A stretch of DNA of 32,135 nucleotides from a virus (taxonomy: Duplodnaviria > Caudoviricetes), in IMG/VR virus record IMGVR_UViG_3300037755_000538, positions 1 to 32,135 of that record. One strand, given 5' to 3'. A model generated the notes under the pieces. That model was given only the letters and a program-made list of their open reading frames with translations, had not been told where the DNA came from and did not search any database. Of the stretch, positions 1 through 8,597 are shown piece by piece (position 1 is the first letter of the stretch; every line of letters begins with the position of its first letter). Made by a program: the position numbers and the translations under genes.

Positions 1-172
1 ATAGCGGCCTGAACGCCGGGGCTGGGAAGTCGTTTTCTTCTTTGAGCGGAACCATTTCGCGGGCCATCTCTCGGTCCTCTGGCTTGACGACAATCTCGGT
101 TTGCTCAAGTTCCAGGGTTCCACCACGCATCAGGTGTAGTAGGTCGTCGATGCTTATTTCGACTTTGTTCAT
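1..172 (-). CDS. Hypothetical protein, runs off window edge (MNKVEISIDDLLHLMRGG...)
   Basis: Hand-translated open frame from ATG at 172 with AAGGA upstream; co-oriented with the upstream operon. Confidence 0.45.
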   Translation of the reverse strand, partial: MNKVEISIDDLLHLMRGGTLELEQTEIVVKPEDREMAREMVPLKEENDFPAPAFRPL

Positions 173-264
173 AAGGGTTCTTTCCTTAAAGTTAGGGACG
201 GAGTGGGCAGTACCTGCTGGGGAAATCCAAAGGCGCTTCTCGGACGGCGGACGTGATGGATTTC

Positions 265-495
265 TCATGGCTTCACCCGTTCCAAAAACCAAGAAACTAG
301 CTCATCGTCCTTGTGCTGAGTGAAGAGCCAGTAGGCCCGCCCATTCGCCGTCTGGTACGTCCCGATGGATTTGCCCAGCAATCGTTGCCGGCCCTCGCTG
401 TCGATGGCCCAGAGGATCCATGACCTGCGGATTAGCTTGTCGGCTACGGTCGGCTTGGGAACGGGTGGGGCATCGGTGTTTGTGGCTTGGGGCAT
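265..495 (-). CDS. Hypothetical protein
   Basis: 76 aa; start overlaps the methyltransferase stop (translational coupling). Confidence 0.5.
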   Translation of the reverse strand: MPQATNTDAPPVPKPTVADKLIRRSWILWAIDSEGRQRLLGKSIGTYQTANGRAYWLFTQHKDDELVSWFLERVKP

Positions 496-1439
496 TAGCT
501 TCGCTTCCCGCTGAAAAGAATCGTCCCGCGTGTTCCAAACTGAGCCTGAAATTCGCTTGCCTGGTTGCCGAAGTAGGCAATGACTTGGCCTTGGAGCGGT
601 TTATTCGCGGGCTTTCCGGTTCGGTCCAAGAATGAAATCCGGCCCGCCGGGAAACAGACGGCACAGCATTCCTTGAGCAAGTCTTGAAACCATGCCGTTT
701 CAGTCGCGTTATTGATAAGCACGCAAGCCTGACTGATGGCGTCTTCACGAAAATAAAGCAACAGCTTCTCGATGAACCTGGGGCAGAGATCCCGCGAGTA
801 TGGCGGGTTCAGCCAGATCCGGCCGCGCCAGACTTTCGTAAGCCCATCGTCGGCGATGCTGAAAAACTTCTTGGCCTTGATGTATTTTTGGGCTTCATCG
901 CAACTGGCGGGGTCTAGGTCGATGCCGCCCATTGTCTTTCGCGCGGCATCAATCCATTCAGTCGGCGTGTACCATTCGTTTTCGATTGAGTTGTTCGAGA
1001 CGTGCGGCCCGGTCACATACTTCAGGAAATCGCCCTGGGTTGGAACATCCTCGGTGGAATCGTAGTATTCTTCGAGCCGTTCTTTATTTGCTGCGAGCTT
1101 GCGAAACGCCGTAATTGTGTTTGGTGATAAATCAATCGCAGGCGTTGCGATTGATTTATCTTCCTTGCCGCCACGTCCTTGCCCACGCTCGTTTGGGGGG
1201 TTCGCCGGCATCATCTCGCCTAGCTTCACCTTGATTTTTAACACGCCGATTGCAATAGGCCGCTCAACTTCGATTCCTGCTTTCAGTCGAGCGGCGTAAT
1301 GCTGCATTGTGGCAGCTTGGTCAAGCATCCCCTTCGCGTCTTCTATCGTCTTCACTTCTGCGAGCATCGCATCAACCCTCGCAGGGAACGCCAAGCATTG
1401 ATTGGCGAATGACTTTGTGATGAGTTCTCCATTACTCAT
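495..1439 (-). CDS. Phage DNA N6-adenine methyltransferase (Dam-type) with N-terminal extension
   Basis: NEWYTP, IDLDPAS and WLNPPYS motifs, plus ATETAWFQ and GRISF, typical of the phage Dam family. Confidence 0.9.
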   Translation of the reverse strand: MSNGELITKSFANQCLAFPARVDAMLAEVKTIEDAKGMLDQAATMQHYAARLKAGIEVERPIAIGVLKIKVKLGEMMPANPPNERGQGRGGKEDKSIATPAIDLSPNTITAFRKLAANKERLEEYYDSTEDVPTQGDFLKYVTGPHVSNNSIENEWYTPTEWIDAARKTMGGIDLDPASCDEAQKYIKAKKFFSIADDGLTKVWRGRIWLNPPYSRDLCPRFIEKLLLYFREDAISQACVLINNATETAWFQDLLKECCAVCFPAGRISFLDRTGKPANKPLQGQVIAYFGNQASEFQAQFGTRGTILFSGKRS

Positions 1440-1996
1440 GCCGCCCCCAAGATTCGCCGGGCGATTTCTTCACTCACGAATCGGGGAAAGTGCATCTCTC
1501 TGGAACCGGACGCGCACAGGTGGATGTTTTCGTGGCACGTTCGGCAGAGCGTTATTAACTCGCGTTGAACGTCTTCATTGAAGAGTTCGTACCGCCAATG
1601 ATGCGTTTCCAAATTCTCACCGATTTTGCACTCCTGGCAGCGAAAGCCGTCCAATTGCTTTCGCTGCAACGAAGTCTGCCGCCAGTGTGGGGTGAGGTAG
1701 TAAGCCGCCTGCATCTCGGGTGTGACGCGGACTTTTTGTTCATGGCCCACGTATCGGTAGTGGGCCACCCCGCCGATTTGCACCGTCTCGATGATGTGTC
1801 CCTCTTCCCTTAATCTCCTAATCGTGGCCTGGCCCCGATGGTGAAACAGTTCGGCCTCAACCGTGGAAAGCGGACCGGCCTTGAGCCTGTCGAGCATCTC
1901 TTGCCGCTTTTCTGACGAGTTGTAGATCTGCGGCATTGGATTCGGTTCGCCATTGGTTTTCTGTTTCGGCGGCGGGTTAAAGAGGTCGAATTGCAT
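1436..1996 (-). CDS. N-terminal helix-turn-helix plus C-terminal HNH endonuclease-like domain
   Basis: CQEC...LETHH...LITLCRTCHENIH zinc/HNH pattern; N-terminal GPLSTVEA...IRRLREEGHIIET winged-helix-like segment. Confidence 0.75.
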   Translation of the reverse strand: MQFDLFNPPPKQKTNGEPNPMPQIYNSSEKRQEMLDRLKAGPLSTVEAELFHHRGQATIRRLREEGHIIETVQIGGVAHYRYVGHEQKVRVTPEMQAAYYLTPHWRQTSLQRKQLDGFRCQECKIGENLETHHWRYELFNEDVQRELITLCRTCHENIHLCASGSREMHFPRFVSEEIARRILGAA

Positions 1997-1999
1997 GAC

Positions 2000-2209
2000 T
2001 CAAGCCTCCGTGTGCGTGCGTTTTTGCTGCTCAAGCCATTTATCCAGATCGCTGCGGCGGTAATAGACTTGACCTCCGACTTTGTAAAACGGCAAATCGC
2101 CGTAGCCGGTGGAGGCCCAATTATCGAGCGTGCCCTTCGAGACGCCGATATAGTCGGCTGCCTCTTTGCGGGTCATTCGGTCCTGGTCAAATGCGGTCGA
2201 TTGGCTCAT
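2000..2209 (-). CDS. xis: Excisionase-like HTH DNA-binding protein
   Basis: MTRKEAADYIGVSKGTLDNWAS...LPFYKVGGQVYYRRSDLDKWL; next to the integrase. Confidence 0.85.
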   Translation of the reverse strand: MSQSTAFDQDRMTRKEAADYIGVSKGTLDNWASTGYGDLPFYKVGGQVYYRRSDLDKWLEQQKRTHTEA

Positions 2210-2308
2210 TGAGATTCCCTTTCGTTCGGTGGAATGAAGGAAATCTACCGCAGTTTTTCAGGGGTTCAATAGCACTCCCTCTCGCGGAGCGCGCGCGGAA
2301 AACTCTCG

Positions 2309-2387
2309 TGTTTCACCCGTGTTCAAAGCCGTTTTTCAATTCCCAATAGAACTAGGAATCCGAATCGGCTTTTGTTTCACCCGTGTT
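2309..2387. repeat. 15-bp direct repeat TGTTTCACCCGTGTT (2309-2323, 2373-2387)
   Basis: Two exact copies between the integrase 3' end and the xis start. Confidence 0.6.
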
Positions 2388-3560
2388 ATTTTCGGGATTC
2401 TTTGAAGATTTTTTCGCGGCGGCTTCAATGGCGTTCACGGCGGCGGAAACGGCGGCGCGAACAGGATCCAGATCGAGCCTGGCGTAAATCGCCGTCGCCG
2501 ATTGCGACTTGTGCCCGAGGCTTTTACCAATGACTTGCATGGATGCCCCGCCCGCCGCTTGCCAGGATCCGAGCGTTCGCCTTAAATCATGGAGTCGCAC
2601 GTCAATCAAGCCCGCTTCATCGCGAACCTTTTGCCAAGCCGCTTTAGGATCCACGAGATGACCGGTTCTGCCGCCCCCAGGGAATACCCACGGGGAATCG
2701 GAATCCACCAACCGGCGGTTCAGAATCGCCATCACCTGGTCCACCAGCACGATCCCGACCGGCTTTCCGGTTTTGAACTTCCGCGCTGGGATTGTCCAGA
2801 CGGCTTGGCTGAAGTCGATTTCATCCCAGCACATCGAGCAGACGTTGGACCGCCTCGCGCCAGTGAAGAGCGCCATTAAAAGGAAATCCCGCGTGGTTTC
2901 CCTCTGGAGATTGGCGACGGCAAGAAACCAGCGGCGAAGCTCGTCCGCCGAAAGGAAGCGTTCCCGCTCTTCCGTCTTCGCCCGCGGCACGGCGCTGACC
3001 GGGTTGTGGTCAACCCACTGGTTATCAACGGCGATGGAGTACATCAGCCGGAGAACTTCACGCATCTTGTTCGCCGCGTAGGGACCAAGGGTTGCTTTTA
3101 GGTGGTTGTGATGCTCGCGAATCTCTGCCGTCGTGAGGCTCGACAAGCGACGGCCCGCCCAATGCTTGACCTTCTGATCGTACTCCGCCTGGTCGCGTTC
3201 CCAGGTGCGTTTATTGGGCTTGGAGTGATTTTCCAAGACCCAATCGAAAAGCTCACCGATTGTCATTTCCTCCCGCAGTTTCCGCCGGGCGTCCATTGGG
3301 TTTTTGCGCTCGGCGATTTCGCCATTCAGCCGGCGGCATTCGTCGCGGGCTTGACGGATGGTCAAATCGTCAACCTTCCCGATCTTGTACCGCTGCGGTT
3401 GCCCATGCACCCGCCCATAACGGTAAAAAGTCCTGGTCCCGTTTTCCGTGATGCAGATGCAAAGGCTAGGAACCTCGGAATCATAAACGTACTTCCGGCC
3501 CGTCTTGGGAGCTTCCAGAGCCTTGATTGACGCCTTGCTGAAATTGATGCGTTCCGCCAT
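2352..3560 (-). CDS. int: Tyrosine integrase with N-terminal arm-binding domain
   Basis: Catalytic R (TGARRSN), K, HxxR (HDLRR), H (LGH), Y (AIYA); P4-like N-terminal arm domain. Confidence 0.95.
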   Translation of the reverse strand: MAERINFSKASIKALEAPKTGRKYVYDSEVPSLCICITENGTRTFYRYGRVHGQPQRYKIGKVDDLTIRQARDECRRLNGEIAERKNPMDARRKLREEMTIGELFDWVLENHSKPNKRTWERDQAEYDQKVKHWAGRRLSSLTTAEIREHHNHLKATLGPYAANKMREVLRLMYSIAVDNQWVDHNPVSAVPRAKTEERERFLSADELRRWFLAVANLQRETTRDFLLMALFTGARRSNVCSMCWDEIDFSQAVWTIPARKFKTGKPVGIVLVDQVMAILNRRLVDSDSPWVFPGGGRTGHLVDPKAAWQKVRDEAGLIDVRLHDLRRTLGSWQAAGGASMQVIGKSLGHKSQSATAIYARLDLDPVRAAVSAAVNAIEAAAKKSSKNPENNTGETKADSDS

Positions 3561-3572
3561 GAAATTCGCCCT

Positions 3573-3799
3573 CGGTGCTACATCGGCGCTACGGCAAATC
3601 GTGAATCGTCGTGAATCAACCAGAGTTTTAGTGTACTCATTCCTCCAAAAAAAGAGCGGGAACCCCGAAAATTCAGGGATCCCGCTGGTTTTGGTGCTCA
3701 GGCGACTTGTGCCCCACTACTTCCGGGATTTTGCTTGAAACCCCTATAAAACAAGGGACTTGAAGCAAAACCCCGGATTCGGTGCTACGCCCGCGCTAC
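3573..3799. other. Probable attP: paired arm-type repeats flanking a tRNA-3'-end-like core
   Basis: CGGTGCTAC/CGGCGCTAC at 3573-3592 and CGGTGCTAC/CGCGCTAC at 3780-3799; minus-strand CCTGAGCACCA at 3702-3692; adjacent to int. Confidence 0.6.
3647..3686 (-). terminator. Intrinsic terminator
   Basis: Stem 3655-3669/3672-3686 followed by a T-tract on the minus strand. Confidence 0.65.
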
Positions 3800-4066
3800 C
3801 TATGATTGCTCGTTTTCATCGCTAGAATTACCACGGTGATAGCGGGCTTCGGCTTCAAGGGCTTCGATAATGTTTCGCCCGCGGTAGAGATATGGGGCAT
3901 GGCGATTACCAGAGCCAAGAGGCAGAAGCCCGAAACTTTTTTGCAACTCGATCAGCCGGACATTGTGCATTCCGGGGATCCTGTCGAGCATCCACGCTCG
4001 ATTGTAGAGATGCAAACTCTTGATCGAAATTTCCAAAGGATCGCTTGAATTAGGCGCAGCTTCCAT
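3800..4066 (-). CDS. Hypothetical protein (probable start MEAAPNS...)
   Basis: 3' part of the 162-aa ORF; ATG at 4066; no recognisable motif. Confidence 0.35.
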   Translation of the reverse strand: MEAAPNSSDPLEISIKSLHLYNRAWMLDRIPGMHNVRLIELQKSFGLLPLGSGNRHAPYLYRGRNIIEALEAEARYHRGNSSDENEQS

Positions 4067-4527
4067 GTTAAATTGGTTCCGTTGAAGAAAAACCAACCTC
4101 AAGTAATGCGGGGGAAAGTTTTGCTGAGGAACCAATTTGGCCGAGTCAGGATTGCACTCCTGACTCGGTTTTTTGTTGCGCGGGCAACCCATCCCGCGTT
4201 CCTCAGCAGCCAACGCCGGGGCGAACACCGCGCGCACGCTGGCCCGGGGAAGAAAACCGGGGGTCCGCGCGGGAAATAAACCAAGCACGGTTGTAAGAGG
4301 GTAGCCGCCAAAATAGAATCCGTCTGGGCGGGTGGAGGTGGTAATGACACCTTCTTTATCGAAGCGACGGCGACAAGTTCGCCGAACCTCGGACCGCCCA
4401 CTTTAGCGAATCAACGACAGAAAATCCAAGGAAAAGTTAAAGTTTTTACTAATGAACCACTATACACTCCCGCATGTTGTGGCTTCACGGAATGCTGCGC
4501 AAAATAACGGCCCGGGACTAAATAGAC

Positions 4528-4571
4528 AAAGCCCACTGTGAGTGATTCACGGCGGGCTTTTCGGGTTTTTT
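4528..4571 (+). terminator. Probable intrinsic terminator
   Basis: AAAGCCC...GGGCTTT hairpin followed by T-rich tail. Confidence 0.5.
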
Positions 4572-4592
4572 GAACATGGGATTCCCTCCCTG

Positions 4593-4633
4593 GTAACGCA
4601 ACCGTAACGCAACGTGCGTTACTATTTCGTTAC
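4593..4633. repeat. Iteron/operator-like cluster
   Basis: GTAACGCAAC at 4593 and 4604, then inverted TGCGTTAC (4615) and CGTTAC (4628). Confidence 0.55.
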
Positions 4634-4697
4634 TCATTTCAATGAGTCGAGATCCCTTCGAGCGACCGGACAAAAATTCCCGATATTTTTCGTGGGC

Positions 4698-4820
4698 TTG
4701 CTTTCAGCGCGGGAGCAGCGAATAATAGGGTTGGCCGTCCAGCCAATCTAAACCGTATTAACCCGCGATTGATTTCATGCCCTTGGACGGCTGCATGAGT
4801 CAGTCGCGGGTTTACTTTTT
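4698..4820 (+). promoter_or_regulatory. Sigma70-like promoter plus structured leader, copy 1
   Basis: TTGCTT-17-AATAAT; hairpin AACCCGCGATTGATTTC...GAGTCAGTCGCGGGTT followed by TACTTT; shared with copy 2 at 9295-9355. Confidence 0.7.
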
Positions 4821-4829
4821 GGGGTCAAA

Positions 4830-5474
4830 ATGGTTCGACGTTTTTTCTACGATACGGAATTTGCCGAGCAACCATCGACGATTGAGCTAATTTCCATCGG
4901 GATCGTCAATGAGATGGGTGAAGGGCGATATTGCATCAACAGTGAATTTGATGAGTCGCTGTGCAATGATTGGGTGAAGGCGAATGTCTTGCCAAAACTC
5001 CCGCCGCGAACCGATCCCGCTTGGTCAACGCGGGCGGAGATTCGCAATGCAATCCTGAACTTTGTGAAGCCTTCCAAGGAATGCCCTGTCGAACTTTGGG
5101 GCTATTATTCCGCTTATGATCATGTCGCGCTGTGCTGGCTTTTTGGCTCAATGATTGACTTGCCTGCTGGGATGCCGATGCTCACCCGAGACCTTAAGCA
5201 ACTCGCGGACAGCCTTGGCAATCCCGATCTTCCACCACAACCGGACGGCCAGCACGACGCGATTGTGGATGCCCAATGGAATTTGCGAGCGTGGCTTTCG
5301 TTGACCCAAGATCCTGTTCTGCAAAACGAGATCGGGCGACTCGCGGCGGGGTTGGAGATGATTACTCAAATCATTCACGGGCCAAGCCGATGGATGCGAA
5401 ATATCGCCTTAGCAGTCTTGCAGGGTGCGGACTGCCGGAAACTTGAGGACGTGGAAAAAATCGGAAAGGTTTGA
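4830..5474 (+). CDS. DEDDh 3'-5' exoribonuclease (Rv2179c/RNase AS-like)
   Basis: FYDTEF, LISIG, WVKANVLPKL, WGYYSAYDHV, HDAIVDA motifs. Confidence 0.88.
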   Translation: MVRRFFYDTEFAEQPSTIELISIGIVNEMGEGRYCINSEFDESLCNDWVKANVLPKLPPRTDPAWSTRAEIRNAILNFVKPSKECPVELWGYYSAYDHVALCWLFGSMIDLPAGMPMLTRDLKQLADSLGNPDLPPQPDGQHDAIVDAQWNLRAWLSLTQDPVLQNEIGRLAAGLEMITQIIHGPSRWMRNIALAVLQGADCRKLEDVEKIGKV

Positions 5475-5479
5475 CATTT

Positions 5480-5572
5480 GGTCCCGAAGCAAGTTGGACT
5501 TGCAGGAACACGGCCTCCCGCCTTGTGCGCACATAACCTAGCGGGTTGTGGGTTCGATTCCCACCGGGACCA
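5480..5572 (+). tRNA. Atypical tRNA-like element, anticodon not assignable
   Basis: Acceptor stem GGTCCCG/CGGGACC plus A, perfect T-arm GTGGG-TTCGATT-CCCAC, D-like hairpin GCAAG-TTGGA-CTTGC; central region non-canonical; no encoded CCA after the discriminator. Confidence 0.6.
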
Positions 5573-5573
5573 T

Positions 5574-5891
5574 TCGAGGATGAACGTTCTCGATAGGTGG
5601 CTCCCCCTGTCATCGTGATCGGAGGGAGCAAGCCCTTGTCGGGCGGCACTGAGGCGTCACGATTGAGGTGGCATACCTGGTGGGGGAAGTTCCCGACGGG
5701 TCCGGGCGTCTGGTCACGGCCAGCTTAGAGGAAAAACTGCCTGCCAACAAATCGCCGTGGGCAGTCGGAACTTGGCACAACCGCCCAGGGACGTATTCCC
5801 GCCGCGTGCCAAATTTCGACTGAGAAAACCTCACCTATACTCGGCTCGTCCACTTCACACGAAAACTTGATGGCCCCGGCAGCATCCGGGG
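5574..5891 (+). ncRNA. Candidate large structured RNA
   Basis: Many nested and pseudoknotted complementary segments (see findings); no convincing ORF. Confidence 0.5.
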
Positions 5892-6064
5892 AGATTATCC
5901 CTGGGAAAACAAGAACAGACCAAAAAGCTCCCGGAGAGAAGCAAGGCCCGTGAAGGGGAAGAGAGAGGAAGGAAGGGATCGTCCCGACGGGTGGTCTGCG
6001 ATTAGAGGGGTTAGAAAGGATTAAATAGGACAATACTATCTCTTTGGAAAGGAAGGAAAAGCCA

Positions 6065-6265
6065 GTGGGAGATCTTGAAACACTCGTTAAAATCTATCAG
6101 CAAGAAACCGGGGATGAGTGGTCGGATCAACCGGACGCGACGACCGGCAGCGAGGAATACAAGCTGTGGTCCCGCGCTGCTCAGGCGTGGGACATTCGCT
6201 TCGGTGACTGGTTGGAATCAGAGCAAGCCAGGGGCAGAGAGTTTCCCGTTGCTATTCCTGAGTGA
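6065..6265 (+). CDS. Hypothetical protein
   Basis: GTG start after AAGGA; protein-like composition. Confidence 0.5.
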   Translation: MGDLETLVKIYQQETGDEWSDQPDATTGSEEYKLWSRAAQAWDIRFGDWLESEQARGREFPVAIPE

Positions 6266-6375
6266 GTTCCGCGCCGTCATCGGCTGAAAGTTGGGCGTCA
6301 CCCCGAACCCCTTGATTCATAGCGTTTGAACGCGAAAACAGGCGTTTTAGGTGTCGCCCTGAAAGGACGTGAAAT

Positions 6376-6636
6376 ATGCTGGACACATCGGCGATTGAGG
6401 CGAGACTCGAAAGACGGGCCTGCCGGACGCTCATTGAGCGGGACGTTCGGGATTTGATCGATGAAAACGAGCGGTTTCGCAAGGCGATTGAAGCATTCGG
6501 AAACGACGGAATTTTCGATTGGAACGTGCTTGGACGGATTGACGAATTGGAAGCCGAAGTCGAGCGACTCCAGGCGGAGAATAATCGGTTGCAGCGGCTC
6601 ATTCATTTCGCGCAGGAACGGGCGTTGGGCGGGTGA
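6376..6636 (+). CDS. Hypothetical coiled-coil phage protein
   Basis: AAGGA RBS; IDELEAEVERLQAEN heptads. Confidence 0.65.
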   Translation: MLDTSAIEARLERRACRTLIERDVRDLIDENERFRKAIEAFGNDGIFDWNVLGRIDELEAEVERLQAENNRLQRLIHFAQERALGG

Positions 6637-6717
6637 GACTCCCCGCAATTGTGGATATGTGGATCAAGAAAGCCGCCCCTTGAAGCACGGGCCGCAATCC
6701 GTGCGGGCGGGACGGTA

Positions 6718-6945
6718 TCAAGCCAGGGACGCAAATTGCTCGTCCGTGACACCAATCCGCATCCAGCCGCCAGGACTCAGGCAGTGAATCATCCTGCCTC
6801 CAGCGGGTGATGTGTCATCAAGAGAGTACCCCTCTTGCCCGCAAATATGCACGGGGTCGTCTCCGGAACAAAGAAAATCCAGGATGGCATCCCACGTCTG
6901 GCGCTGGGCGGGGGTCATCTCCTCGGGTCGCGTTAATTCAGTCAT
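6718..6945 (-). CDS. Hypothetical protein
   Basis: GGAG RBS; part of a run of small minus-strand genes. Confidence 0.6.
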   Translation of the reverse strand: MTELTRPEEMTPAQRQTWDAILDFLCSGDDPVHICGQEGYSLDDTSPAGGRMIHCLSPGGWMRIGVTDEQFASLA

Positions 6946-7015
6946 TGTTCATTCTCCCTGGCTTGCGAAGCCACAAGGTTGTGGAATCCCGGCCTCACAG
7001 CGAGGCCGGGTGGAG

Positions 7016-7285
7016 TTAGCGGGTCAGATACCAACCCGCCTTGCCATCAATTCGGCGACAATCATCCGAGATCGTCAAGTCCTCGGTGAGATGCAGGGTG
7101 CGGTTGATGCTGATGGTATTATCGTCGTTTTTGTGAACTCGCACGCCGCGTTGCTCGATATAACCTTGGGCGTCGAATAGCGTCCAGTCAATTCGGTCAA
7201 TGCTCGGTTCATCCAACTTGGGGTCAAGGTTGGAGCCAGTTCCGTCAAAATTGGGCGTTGTAAGTCCAGTGTTTCTTTTTGTCAT
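7016..7285 (-). CDS. Hypothetical protein
   Basis: GGAG RBS; upstream CCAGGGAGAATGAAC is shared with the 6718-6945 gene. Confidence 0.6.
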   Translation of the reverse strand: MTKRNTGLTTPNFDGTGSNLDPKLDEPSIDRIDWTLFDAQGYIEQRGVRVHKNDDNTISINRTLHLTEDLTISDDCRRIDGKAGWYLTR

Positions 7286-7330
7286 CGTTCATTCTCCCTG
7301 GGCCTCTCGGCCCGTTAAGGTTTCCAAAAA

Positions 7331-7483
7331 CTAGTCCCGAGGGACAACGCTGATCGTGTCCCCGTCGCGGCCAAACGCCTCGGCCTGTCGCATCGCGTCC
7401 GCGTGGTCGCGGGCCACCACGCTGCCGACGTATTTCCACTCGATATACACGTCCCAAACCTGGCCGGCGGTGTCTCTGTGCAT
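7331..7483 (-). CDS. Small hypothetical protein, 50 aa (MHRDTAGQVWDVYIEWKY...)
   Basis: Hand-translated; below the ORF-track cutoff; starts 2 nt after the upstream stop. Confidence 0.5.
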   Translation of the reverse strand: MHRDTAGQVWDVYIEWKYVGSVVARDHADAMRQAEAFGRDGDTISVVPRD

Positions 7484-7485
7484 TG

Positions 7486-7743
7486 TCAATTTCCCCAGAA
7501 GCGGTCGGAATCGGGAGGCATCTTCTCGACGAATGCCATTTGGGTGGATGATTCGTTGGTTTTTGGCGCATCGCTTGGGATCACGCCGTACACCACTCGC
7601 GTATAGGATTCAATTCCCGCGACACGCTCGCTTGTTATTCTCCAAAATTTGCCGTCGCGATCCCTTATGATCTCGCCAACCTTAGCGACCAACCCCTCCG
7701 TAATGTGCTCACAAGCATCCCAGGGATCAACGTAATTGGCCAT
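7486..7743 (-). CDS. Hypothetical protein
   Basis: AAGGA RBS; operon context. Confidence 0.55.
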   Translation of the reverse strand: MANYVDPWDACEHITEGLVAKVGEIIRDRDGKFWRITSERVAGIESYTRVVYGVIPSDAPKTNESSTQMAFVEKMPPDSDRFWGN

Positions 7744-7803
7744 CGGTCTTGTTCCTTTGTTTTGAGGTTTCTGTTTCGGGGCCGGAACACCCGGCCCCTT
7801 GGT

Positions 7804-8067
7804 TCAATCTTCCCATTCGGTTTCGAGTTCCACCGCGGCTTCGATCCAGGCTTCGACGGTTTCCATCGCTTCTTCGCGCGATTCGTAAAAATCCCCGTCC
7901 GGGTCGCTGAGGATGTACAGCCTCGAAAATCCTTCCCGCGTGGCCAAGACTTGCCAGCCGGCCACGGTGGGGATCAGGTCGATTCGGTGCAGGCTGATTT
8001 CCCATGCCGTCCGATTGCCGAATTCGGTCTTAATGACTTCGGGGATGTTGATGGGCTGGCTGGTCAT
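7804..8067 (-). CDS. Hypothetical protein
   Basis: First gene after the promoter at 8103-8130. Confidence 0.6.
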   Translation of the reverse strand: MTSQPINIPEVIKTEFGNRTAWEISLHRIDLIPTVAGWQVLATREGFSRLYILSDPDGDFYESREEAMETVEAWIEAAVELETEWED

Positions 8068-8102
8068 CTCGTTTCCCTTGGTTGTCTTGTCCTTACACGT
8101 TC

Positions 8103-8130
8103 ATTATAGCCTATAGGATTGCAATTGGAA
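8103..8130 (-). promoter_or_regulatory. Sigma70-like promoter with ATTGCAAT palindrome
   Basis: TTCCAA-16-TATAAT on minus strand; same layout at 9084-9111. Confidence 0.6.
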
Positions 8131-8170
8131 GAGGGAACCGTGGAAAATTCTGATTTTCTGGAAAATAGTT

Positions 8171-8425
8171 CTAAACGCCTTCGTGTCTGGCTCTTGCGGC
8201 TTTCGCTCCGAGTCGGGAAGCCGCCTTTCCTCCGCCAATCATGATTGGGTTGCCGGGTGAGCGGGCGCTTGCGTCTCGCTCCTTGGTGGTCGTTTTCTTC
8301 GCGTACAACCGCCCCAAAGCGATTCTGAGGCATTGCATTCTCAGGATGCCTTCCCGCTCGGCGTATGCGTCCAGGGCGGCAAGCTCGGCATGGGAGAGGC
8401 GCAGGGTGATGTTTTTCGTCGTCAT
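8171..8425 (-). CDS. Ribbon-helix-helix (CopG/Arc-like) DNA-binding protein
   Basis: KNITLRLSHAELAALDAYAEREGILRMQCLRIAL; GAGG RBS before ATG 8425. Confidence 0.65.
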   Translation of the reverse strand: MTTKNITLRLSHAELAALDAYAEREGILRMQCLRIALGRLYAKKTTTKERDASARSPGNPIMIGGGKAASRLGAKAARARHEGV

Positions 8426-8554
8426 TGAAACCTCGTGAGAAGAAAGAGAACCCACCCGGACAGCGCGAAGGCGAGAAACCAGTTGCAGCACTGGCCGGGT
8501 TTCGTGTAGGATCATCTCATCGTCTCAAGTCCTTTCAAGAGGCGGGGATGATAT

Positions 8555-8597
8555 GGGGCCGGGGAGAGTGAAGATCTCCCCGGCCCCGCTTTTATTT
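8555..8597. terminator. 13-bp GC hairpin, probable terminator
   Basis: GGGGCCGGGGAGA/TCTCCCCGGCCCC followed by TTTTATTT. Confidence 0.6.

Noticed and set aside
688-698. 11-nt match (AAACCATGCCG) between the methyltransferase gene and 25034-25044, next to repeat copy 2
   Set aside because: Short enough to be chance given the many comparisons made; revisit only if the mature guide starts there
495-1996. HNH plus methyltransferase as a restriction-modification system
   Set aside because: Both are common stand-alone phage early genes; nothing shows shared specificity
5480-5891. tmRNA, tRNA-Sec or bona fide RNase P RNA
   Set aside because: No G3-U70 alanine acceptor, no UCA anticodon, and RNase P conserved-region motifs around the P4-like helix are absent
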